64,000 nt of DNA from Octopus sinensis (taxonomy: Eukaryota): NCBI RefSeq assembly GCF_006345805.1, contig NC_042997.1, positions 182,032,001-182,096,000 on the forward strand. Direction: 5' to 3'. Within the stretch, counting starts at the first letter, position 1, and each line of letters begins with the position of its first letter. A program made the translations under genes and the position numbers. The notes beneath the pieces are model-generated. The model made no database searches. It had not been told where the DNA came from and worked only from the letters and a program-made list of their open reading frames with translations. Shown here piece by piece: positions 38,704-50,600 of this stretch.

Positions 38704-41700
38704 GTGTGTGTGTGTATATGTTTGCTTAAAATTTTACTTGCATTTGTTTGAAAACTTATTCCCAGTAAACCTGGGAATAACAGCGAGATCGTTCCACATT
38801 CCTCGAAACTCTGAAATTCCTGACCCACTGCCGGATGAATTTATGTATATACACCGCATATGTTTTATCCATCCATCCATCCATACATACATACATACAT
38901 ACATACAAACAAAAATACCCTGTTGTCGATGTTGAAATTCCAATGAAGGAGCTTTGGATCAAGGCTAGAAACCGGTTATTTCTCTATTGGCAAGAAATCT
39001 TGAAATAAACTGAATAACGGCATACATGGCTCAGTGGTTAGAGCGTCGAGCTTACGATCGCGAGGTTGTGAGTTCGATTCCCGGACCGGGCTGCGTGTTG
39101 TGTTCTTGAGCAAGACACTTTATTTCACGTTGCTCCGGTTCACTCGGCTGTAGAAATGAGTTGCGGCATCACTGGTGCCAAGCTATATCGACCTTTGCCT
39201 TACCCTTGGTAAACATCAGTGTTGTAGAGAGGGGAATTTGGTATGCATGGGCGACTGCAGGCCTTCCATAAACAGCCTTGCCCGGACTTGTACCTCGGAG
39301 GGTAACTTTTTAGGTGCAATCCCATGGTCATTCGTGACCGAGGGGGGTCTCCTAATGACATAATACATACATACATGTATCTGGTTTGCAAGATTTTTTA
39401 TTCACACACACACACTCACACACACACACACACACACATACACACACACACACATATATATATACACGAGGAGCTTCTTTCACTTTCCGTCTACCAAATC
39501 CACTCACAAGGCTTTGGTCGGCCTGGTTAATTTTTAAGGCATAGTTTATCAAGGACCGTATTATCCTGTTTCCACTAATGTATCTTTATAAACATGTGAC
39601 TGTAGAGTGTGATATGAGAAAGTTTTGCTTGCGAAATCCAGCCAGTGAACATGTATAAGCTTTTTCATTATTACAATGTTGTAAGGCAGCAAGCCGATAA
39701 AATCGTTACTGCGCCGGGCAAAATGCTTAGTGGTATTTCGTCTGCCGTTACGTTCTGAATTCAAATTCCGCCGGGGTCGACTTTGCCTTTCATCCTTTCG
39801 GGGTCGATTAAATAAGTACCAGTTACGCACTGGGGTCGATATAATCGGCTTAATCCATTTGTCTGTCCCTGTTTGTCCCTTCTGTGTTTAGCCCCTTGTG
39901 GGTAGTAAAGAAATAGGTATTTCGTCTGTCTTTGTATTCTGAGCTCAAAATCCGCCGAGATCGACTTTGCCTTTCATCTTTTCGTGGTTAATAAAATAAG
40001 CACTAGTTGAGCACTGGGGTCGATATAATCGACTTGCCCCTTCCCCTGAAATTGATGGCCTTGTGCCAAAGTTTGAAACCATTCTTACAGTTTTGCGTTT
40101 TACTAATTAACCTCAGACGAACCCTAATAAAAGACACCCTATCTGTGTTCAGTCACTTTGTTGCTATGTAGAATTAAATTATTCAATATACCAATTTTCT
40201 TTTAAGGTTCATCGGTATGAACTGAGGGAGACTTGACAGCAATTTTTAGATTTCTTGACTACGTAGAGATTCCTAGGAGTCACTATACAATGGTAAAAGT
40301 CAGCCCATCTGTGATCGATAACTGTGGGTATGTAGAACTATTCAATATACACATTTTAAAGACTCAAAAGTATGAATTGAGGGAGATTTGACAGCAATTT
40401 CTAGAAGATTTCTTGACCACGTACAGGTTCCTCGGAGTCACAATACGAACTGTCAACTTCTTGGTTTGATATTTAATTAAATTAACCAAAAGCCATCGTC
40501 CATACTGACACTACAGCACATGGATATACCTGACTTTTTTTCCCCCTTTTTACTACACTTATTCCTGCCAACATGGATCACCATAAGTCTCTTTACATTC
40601 AAATGATTATATTTAATGATGTTCTGAATTAATGGCCAATGCAGATCAACACTTCAATTCTTACACTCTTCTTGATACATACGTACGTATGCATGCAAGC
40701 ATGCATGCATTCACATATACATACATACATACATACATACATACATACATACATACATACATACATACATACATACATACATACATACATACATACATAC
40801 ATACATACATGCATGCATACATACAAAGGCATACATGCATTTATATATACCCATACATGCACACACACACGTATATGTATTTACACATACATACATACAT
40901 GCATGCATGCATGCATACAAAGGCATACATGCATTTATATATATACCCATACATACACAAACACGTATATGTATTTATGCACATGGATGCATTTATAGTA
41001 CATACATACATACATACATACATACATACATACACACATATGTACATACATACATAATACATACATACATACATACATACATACATACATACATACATAC
41101 GTCCATACATATGTAGGTACATACGTACATACGCACACATACAAACGCACTGATACACACGCACACGGAGGTTACGCTAATAGAGCAGTTACACTGAATT
41201 GGTTGGGAAGGACGCCAATCTGAAAACGTTTTCAAAAGACATTCTTCAAAGGAGTAACTTACCAAAATAAGGAAGCTCTTGTGAAGGTGGCAGAACTGAT
41301 ACGAGATACAATAAAAGAACGAAGAACGCCATGAATAATCCGAAGCCTAGATAAAAGACAAATGAATATAATAATACGTCATCATCGCCATTACCAATGT
41401 CATCATCATCATCATCATCATCATCATGCTCCTCCTCCCCCTCCTCGTCGTCGTCGTTGTCTTCGTTGTCATCGTTGCCATCTAATGGTCTTTATTGACA
41501 CATATTTACATTCTGAGTTCAAATCATACTTAGTGATATTATTACTTTCCCTTGGTCGATAAAATAAGTACCGGATCTTTTCACTTTGACCGGCAGATTT
41601 AGAAAATAATCTTTTTGTAATTAAACACTTTTAAACTTCGTATACTGGTAGAATGTGTCACATAAAACATCTTATTCTCTTGGCGTCCTTGAGAAAATTC

Positions 41701-42148
41701 TGTATTTTGTAAGCTATTTATTGTTAAATTTCTCGTATTTCGGCAATTTCAACCAAGCAATGACGTCTATTGAGGTGAATACAATTACTGCCAAGAGAAA
41801 AGGATGTTTTATGTGACACATTCTACCAGTATACGAAGTTTAAATTGTTTAGTTACAAAAAATTATTTTTCAAATCTGCCGGTCAAAGTGAAAAGATCCT
41901 AAGTACCAGTCAAATATTGAAGTACAATAGAATTAATTACATCCTTATTACAAAATTTGTGGTCTGATGTCAAAATCAAAAGTACTTTTTAGCAAAACCA
42001 TAGCCCTCATTCTCAAGCGTGTACGACTTGGCAGCGTGTATCAAGCTTTTGCTAATTGCTTTAGGTGCCTATACATTACCGAAAATATTTAGGCATCCTT
42101 TCGGCCTTCCTACCTTTAACCAATGGAAGATTAAGGGCATGACAGCCG

Positions 42149-42192
<44 letters not shown>

Positions 42193-45100
42193 AGGAGGGT
42201 ACTTCAGCAGTAATTGGCTGGTATTCATTTTTAGCTAAGCTGGAACAACGTGAAATAAGGCGGCGAGCTGGCAGAAGCGTTAGCGCGCCGGGCGAAATGC
42301 CTTAGCGGTATTTCGTCTGCCGTTACGTTGTGAGTTCAAATTCCGCCGAGGTCGACTTTGCCTTTCATCCTTTCGGGGTCGATTAAATAAGTACCAGTTA
42401 CGCACTGGGGTCGATGTAATCCAAAGCATTTTATCTGGTTTCTTAATGACTTTGCCAATTCGTTACACAAATGATATTCATTAATAAACCAATTTGTTTT
42501 GTTTTTTTCCTGATAAAGCTATAGGATTGTTGTTTTCTTGTAATGGTGAGATGATCAAGTGTCTACGTTTTCGTTGTTCTTGTGTAGCCCCAGATGAGCC
42601 TCGATCGAGTAATCTTACAACGCACAGGTAATTAATCAAACGACGAAGCTCCACCCACAAACTTTCTCAATGATACAATGCTTCTGCTTAATCGAGAATT
42701 ACATTGCACTTACATTCTCGTGGATCATGGCTTCAAATCCCTTGCTGGTGTTTCATAGAATTTCTTGACAGAACATTTTATTAAACATTAACAAGTTTAC
42801 CAAGCTGTTGGTGAGAATATGTTATCTGATCATTTTGGAAATGCTCCGTCCTGGAACAGAATCCAGTCTCCAAACCTGTCATTGTAGACAGACCATCGTG
42901 TAGCCTGTTTGTGATATCTTACGTGCAACAATTTATTCCAGGTTCAGTCCACCAATAGATACACTTCCTTCTCTTAGTTGCAATAATCAACACGTTTTCC
43001 TCACAATGTCTGTTATCAATACAATATTGCCAAATGCCGGTTAATTAGAATGTATTGATAACAGACAGGCAGTAACTAACTGGTGTTAACGTATTGATAG
43101 CCAATCAACAGCCACGTATCAGGGAGTTGGTAATAGCACGTTAATGAAAGGCAATGATATACACATGAAGATACCAAACAGGCATACAGTCAAGTACCTT
43201 GCTTTTGGCAATAACAAATCAGATAGAGGTAACAGTTATCTGAGCATAACGTGCAAAAAACGAACCATGTTACAGGATGTTCATAATGGCATGTTTCTTT
43301 CTACTACAGGCACAAGGCCTGAAATATTGAGTGATGGGTCTAGTCGGTTACATTGACCCAAGTGCTCATCTGCTGCTTATTTTATCGACCCCGCGAGTAT
43401 GAAAGGCAAAGGAAACTACGGTGGAATTTGAACTTGGAATGTAAAAGGCAGAAAACAAAATCCGTTAAACATTTTGACCGACACGCTAACGATTCCGCTA
43501 GCTCGTTGCCTATAATAATGACCTATTGGGTTCAAATTTTGGCGCAAGGCCAGCGTTTTCGTGAGGAGTGGATAAGTTGATTACATCGGCCCCAGTTTTG
43601 AAGTGGCACTTATTTTATCGACCTCGAAAGGATGAAAAGCAAAGTTGATTTCGGCGAAATTTGAACTCAAAACTAGATGAAATGCCCCTAAGTATTTTGC
43701 TCAGCATGCTAGCGGTTCTGCTAGCTCGACGCCTTTAATAATGACTTACTGGCAACAAAATTAACATTCACGTATCAAACAGAAGCAATATAAAAGATGG
43801 CATCAGGAAATGTGCCATGATTTACTGACCTAAAGTGACTTTGTCGGCAAAATCTGATGGTAACAAGAAAAGGACAAGGCTGAGAGAAGACAGCAGAAAA
43901 CACGGCAGCACGAACGTGTAGAAAGGAACAGTCGCATGACGTGAGAAGTGAAAGTTTATCTTCAGGTTAACATAGGGTACGTCACACCCTGAACACTTAT
44001 TGAGGATCTTCTCGGTAGTTATGCGTTCCACCTTCCACAGCGGATGTTTGTCAATGTTCCACGAAGGGATGGGTCGGTTGACAAAATTCATGTCCATGTG
44101 GCGAATGTTGTAAATCTCTGAACCTAGGATCAAGGAGCAGATCTGTATGTCGAACGGGAAGAAAGTGGTGTTCGGAAAGCATTGCACTTCGTATTTGGTC
44201 TGCGAAAAGAGAATAAAAATATAGTAAAATAAATACGAAAATATAATAATAAATATTGGGTTGTCCGGAAAGTTCGTGCCGATTTTCAAAGTAAAGAAAA
44301 GGCCAATAAATACTTGCCATTACATTTTTAATCAACCAAATATGAATCATTTTGTTGCACAATGCGTCTCCATCTTTCCTTTAACTTGAAAATACCCTCT
44401 TCCCAGAACTGAGGTAGTTTCATGACAAAGAATTCATCAAGGTATCTTTTTACGTCATCCAAAGAATTGAAATTTCTACTATTAAGACTATTCTGCAGAG
44501 ACCTGAATAAGTGGAAATCCGAAGGAGCAATATCTGGTGAATATGGAGGGTGGGGTAACACATCCCAGCCGAGCTGCAGCAATTTTTGTCTGGTTCCCAA
44601 AACATCAAGTGCCGAAAATGAACTTTCTTATCTTCCTTTTTAAAGGGTTACAAAATTAACACATATTATAGGAACATAAACTTTCTTCCACGAAAAGATA
44701 GCTTAAACTGTGCTGTAAATGGAGATGTAGACAAATCCTATTTCATGGACTCAACCATGTTCTAAAATAAGTCAAAAAGGTAAGCTACTATAAATCGGCA
44801 CGAACTTTCCGGACAACCCAACATAAATAAGAGATAATGAAGAAACAGTTATAATCTATGATAAGTATGGTGTTTGGTGGTTAGCGATGTAGTGGTTAAA
44901 TTATGGTTGATGGTTAGCGATACGATGGCAGTAGAATTTATTGGCAGCCCCATTGGAACTCCTAATAAAGTAGAATTATGGTCAAAGGCGTTCTACTCAC
45001 GCCCATCTCGTTTTATGCATGTCCTGGATTAGGTTATCCAATGAACCTGTCTTGTATTTTAAAAACGGTGGAATGTGATTTGAGAGAAGTTTGGCTGCTA

Positions 45101-47625
45101 TTTTCAATAGGTCGAGCGATCCCATAGAGATTCCTTCGACAGTGATGGTAGAAAGGCGGCGAGCTGGCAGAAACGTTAGCACGTCGGGCGAAATGCGTAG
45201 CCTTATTTCGTCTGCCGTTACGTTCTGAGTTCAAATTCCGCCGAGGTCGACAAATAAAGTACCAGTTACGCACTGGAGTCGATATAATCGACTTAATCCG
45301 TTTGTCTGTCCTTGTTTGTCCACTTTATGTTTAGCCCCTTGTGAGTAGTAAAGAAATAGGTAGTGGTAGAGAGGGTGGTTGTGGTAGTAGTAGTAGTAGT
45401 AGTAGTGATAGCAAATGCATAGTTGATGGTGGTGATTAAAATTGTTGCGATGCTGGTGGTAACTAGAGGTGGTACGATCGTGACAGTAGTGGTGGTAGTC
45501 ACTGTTACAAAGGTTACTTACGACTACAGCGATAACAATGATGGTGATGGTAGTGGTGATAGTGATAGTGATTACATCACAGAAGTGACGATGTGGTATT
45601 TATAATTGGTGACAGCAAAGATTGAATTGGTATTCGTAATAATAATCATGTCATTTCCAACGAGAGAGATAGAACGTGAGTCACTTTTTATACTTAAAGA
45701 GGCTATATTGACAAGCTTCCAATCTTGGCTGAAATAGACACTGAATCACTACAATGCTCTGATACTTCAAGCATTTTACAGCAGCATCCACAGTTTATTT
45801 ACTCAAATGCAGACTGCCAGGTTAACAGCATCTTCACCTTTCCCTACTCTCCGTTAGGTAGTGAGATCCTTGATTCTCAAATTTCTCACTTCTCACGGAG
45901 TTCGAAATTACTGATATCTTACGAAGACACTTTTGGATTCTTGCCAATGTAGACACTATTGTTCATATTTTTTTCTCAGAATGTCGATAGTTCGATTGCC
46001 GTGAGAGATTGGAAATCTAAGGTTTCCGCTTTTGCCTTCTGCACGGCTCAGGTGAAATTCACAATGGAGAGCATCAGCTCAGTGCTGTTGCTACACATGC
46101 AGCTGTCTCAGCCCAGTACTAAGGAAAAGCTATTCGTTTGATTAGCAAGAAGTCACTCTTAAAAACACATTCCAGCCTCTTGCTCACATGTGCTGTTTTC
46201 TCTCCTCTCTGACATCTCTGCCACAACCTCAGAAGTGGATCCTCGGATCTGGCTGGTTTCGTGTCTCTGACAGACACTCATTTGTTTTCCTCTCCTTTGT
46301 GTTATCAATATATATTGCGCTACTAATGTAGGGAAATAGTGATTGAAAATCCACCGGTGTTGCAATTAGGTACCTGGCTAAATATATATCCTATATATGC
46401 AAGAGAAGCAATATTAGATTAAAATAGCCGTCTGTGTATTATACTTTATATATATATATTATATATATATATATATATATTATAAGCGGGACCAGCCATC
46501 TGAATGTGGCTAGGGACAGGGCGGGGTGGTGGGGGTGTTACTGATGCATTTAGCCCCAGGCGACTATAGACGTCACCAGGAGAGCCGACACCATCACGGT
46601 GTCCTTGCTAGCCTGTAAAGGGAGATCAGCCTCCCCGAAGAAACGGATGCTACACACGGACCGGTTTCGAGGTATTGCCTCTCGTCAGCGCATGGCAAAC
46701 ACCGTTCTTCGTTGAGGGACTTCCTCCACAGGCTAGAAATATATAGATTTTCACTGTAAACACAGTCACTGGCGTCGAAAATCTGTTCGATAACAATAAT
46801 AAATCTCTAAGCGAGGTATAAACAGTAACTGCTCTGTAATATAAGCGGGACCAGCCTATATTACAGAGCAGTTACTGTTTATACCTCGCTTAGAGATTTA
46901 TTATTGTTATCGAACAGATTTTCGACGCCAGTGACTGTGTTTACAGTGAAAATCTATATATTTCTAGCCTGTGGAGGAAGTCCCTCAACGAAGAACGGTG
47001 TTTGCCATGCGCTGACGAGAGGCAATACCTCGAAACCGGTCCGTGTGTAGCATCCGTTTCTTCGGGGAGGCTGATCTCCCTTTACAGGCTAGCAAGGACA
47101 CCGTGATGGTGTCGGCTCTCCTGGTGACGTCTATAGTTGCCTGGGGCTAAATGCATCAGTAACACCACCACCACCCCGCCCTGTCCCTAGCCACATTCAG
47201 ATGGCTGGTCCCGCTTATATTACAGAGCAGTTACTGTTTATACCTCGCTTAGAGATTTATTATTGTTATCGAACAGATTTTCGACGCCAGTGACTGTGTT
47301 TACAGTGAAAATCTATATATTTCTAGCCTGTGGAGGAAGTCCCTCAACGAAGAACGGTGTTTGCCATGCGCTGACGAGAGGCAATACCTCGAAACCGGTC
47401 CGTGTGTAGCATCCGTTTCTTCGGGGAGGCTGATCTCCCTTTACAGGCTAGCAAGGACAACCGTGATGGTGTCGGCTCTCCTGGTGACGTCTATAATCGC
47501 CTGGGGCTAAATGCATCAGTAACACCCCCACCACCCCGCCCTGTCCCTAGCCACATTCAGATGGCTGGTCCCGCTTATATTACAGAGCAGTTACTGTTTA
47601 TACCTCGCTTAGAGATTTATTATTG

Positions 47626-47667
<42 letters not shown>

Positions 47668-50600
47668 AAATCCGTTCTGTCTCTGTGTGTGTCTTCTAGG
47701 ATCTCGGGCATCTTCCATCCGATTACGCTCAAATTTGATATGTAGATACCGACGGTATCAGGGCGTGTATAAGTCTTGAAAAAAATTACAAAAATCGATT
47801 CCAGGTGAGAGTGCGATCGATAAAGCCGTGGGAACGTGCATTTGTACGCGCAAGTACATCAGCTGTTGCGATCGATAATACGCGCACGCGAGAAAAATGC
47901 ACGGTGTTTCAAATTTAGGTTAAATCAGTGTTTCTCTAAGGGGAAGCCTATGGGACGGTCGGACAAGTTGTTTTGAGAAAATTTGGTTTAAATGTTTGAC
48001 AACTCAGCACCGTCCATTGGACGGGGGGCGTTTTGCTCGTGTATATGTATATATATACATCGTGTACAACTGCAGTAATATCACCACTAAAAAAAAGGGT
48101 GGGGTGCATTGAAAACTTTGTTTCTTGGTTCTTCGTATTTAGGAAAGAAATCACACGGGATGATCATAACAAATGTCTCAGGGCTAACCAGGGGTTTAGT
48201 GACAACAATAACCACAACAGCAATGACGACGATGACCATCACCACAGCAACAATAAGACCAACAGGTTGTAAGATGCCAACAGTGTTAGAGTGTTGAATG
48301 AAATGATTTGTATTATTTATTCAAACTTCTTAGGTTCTGAGTTCACTTCTCGCTGAGGTCAACATTGATTTTCACCCTTAAAGATCAATAGATGAAGTAG
48401 TAATGCAAGAGCAGTGGTTTTATGGAATTGTTTGAATGTCGGTTGATACACCTTGTGCGTTGCAAACTAACCAAATTCTAAAATACCAACGTAGTAATCA
48501 TAATAATATTATCAACTTGTGGCACGAGGTCCACAACTTTAGAAGTAATCGATTACATCGCTCCCAATACTTGACTGGTGTTTTATTCTATAGATCCCGA
48601 AAAGATAAAAGGTAAAGCTGACATAGGCAGGATTTGATCTCAGAATGAAAGAGCCGGAAGAAATACCGGAAAGCATTTTTGCCCGACGCGTTAACGATCC
48701 TGCCAGCTCGTCACTTTAATTGCTTCACCTTTTGGAAAAAGTTCAACAATTTTGAGAGGAAGAGCTGGTCGATTTTATCGATTTCAGTACGTGACTAGTA
48801 TTTTTTTTTTTGAACCCGAAAGGATGAAAGGCAAAATTGATCTTGGCGGAATTTGAACTCAGAACGTAAACAGTCAGATCGAATACCTAACAGCATTTTG
48901 TCCAACGTGCAAATATTCTGCCAATCCATTACACTTAAAATGATTTGTAATTTAGGAACAAGACCTATTTCTTTACTACCCACAAGGGCTAAACATAGAG
49001 AGGACAAATAAGAACAGACAAACGGATTTAGGAACAAGACCAAAAGTTTTGTAGGAAGAGGTGAGTTGACTTCAGTACTTGAATAGTACTTTATTTTATT
49101 GGGCCCAGAAAGATAAATTGCAAGATTTGATCCAGAAGAAATACCGCAATGGATTTTGCCCGACATTCTAAAGATTTCTTCCAGTTTAATACCTTGAAGC
49201 AATTACTAATAATAACAGCCAAGGTTTATTGCTCTTTTGCATTGACATAATAGTTTTCGGTTAAGAAGATGAGAGTAATATTTGGTAATGCATGTATACG
49301 CATATGTACAGTCACATGTGTATTCAACAGGCTTTTATAATACATAATTTCATACAAAATACCTTAAGGCAAACAACACCATTATGTATATTTCGATGTG
49401 CTCATATTATTTCATTCCTGACATCTAAAGCAGTTCAGATTTCACGCTAACGACTCAATCAGCTTACAATCTATGCTCACAAGTGATGCAACACTCGTGT
49501 TATGCTAACAGATGGTTCGGGCATCGCTAGGCGCTTACAGATGATGCGGTACTTGTTTCACGTCAACAAAGAAGCGCGGAAATTGTTGTGCTTAAGAGAT
49601 TCATACAGATATCGGCAAGACCATATAGTTAAAAAGTTCTTTTCACTACCTCACAGCTCCAGGTTCGATCCCAATACACGGACTTTTAGGGTCTGAGTTC
49701 AAATTCCACCGAGGTCAACTTTTCTTATCATACTTTAGTAGTTGATAAAATGAAGTGCCAGTCCAAAGCTGCGAAGTGACGTTGATGAGATATGCTACAT
49801 GTATCTGAGGTTTTGTGTTCTGAGTCTTTTGGTGGTAGACCGAATTCATCGCCCTGTTTAAAAGCTCTCTTTGTTACAAAGGACTTTTAGCCGAGTTCAC
49901 ACTGTTGACTAAATGCAAGCATTCAGGCCAGTTCATCGGTTTGGGAATAACTTACTCTCTTTCTCTCATCAGTATTAGAGGGCCTGCAAAAATGAAGATC
50001 CACGGGCCCTGTCCTTGCCTCTCTGGCTAAACAAAAAAGTGCATATACATACGCGAACATAAACGCCACTAAATTAATAAAGGAATAAGTTAAACAAACA
50101 AAACGTGACTACTACTCTCTTCTTCTTCTTCTTCTTCTTCTTCTTCTTCTTCTTCTTCTTCTTCTTCTTCTTCTTCTTCTTCTTCTTCTTCTTCTCTTTC
50201 TCCTTCTCCTTCTTCTTGACTCAACAAGAACGGAAGATTACTTTGGATTCGTTTCTTCGTGTATATCTCAAGCCATTTACTTTGGGGTGGATGGAAGGGG
50301 CGGCACTCAGCTTTACGAATTAAAATGTTACAGTGTCAGTAGCGTTCTACCTTGAGATGTTTATAATTATGTTGACTGAATAATTTGAGACTTATGTGTT
50401 TCGTCGACGGACACACTATGTACTGTTGGTGAGAAAATGCGAACCACCAATCGATTGATTGTCTGATACACTCTCCACCCTCATGCATAGTAGTTAGATA
50501 TTTCACGATTACTAATATTTTATGTTATAACTGAATCAGCCTTACATTTTAAGAAGACCACTTACCAGTTTTAAATATATGTTGCACTAGCAAGCAAAAC

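Larger units (their letters stand above)
46482..47629. mobile_element. Non-coding array of 359-360-nt monomers, each with a hammerhead ribozyme (one inverted copy, two direct copies and a partial copy); retrozyme-like or Penelope pLTR-derived
   Basis: 46482-46856 is the reverse complement of the monomers at about 46857-47216 and 47217-47576, followed by a partial copy to 47629. Copies are near-identical and flanked by (TA)n on both sides. Confidence 0.85.

Noticed and set aside
39025-39100. tRNA-like A-box and B-box sequences here and at other SINE heads
   Set aside because: They continue directly into SINE bodies and lack complete cloverleafs, so they are not called as tRNA genes.
45690-46300. 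Non-repetitive-looking block considered as a missing receptor exon
   Set aside because: Stops interrupt the frames I translated and there are no receptor motifs. It may be a heavily decayed LINE 3' end, but I cannot support that call.
46857-47629. Regularly spaced direct repeats considered as a CRISPR-like array
   Set aside because: Whole 359-nt monomers repeat with no unique spacers, the context is eukaryotic and there are no cas genes.
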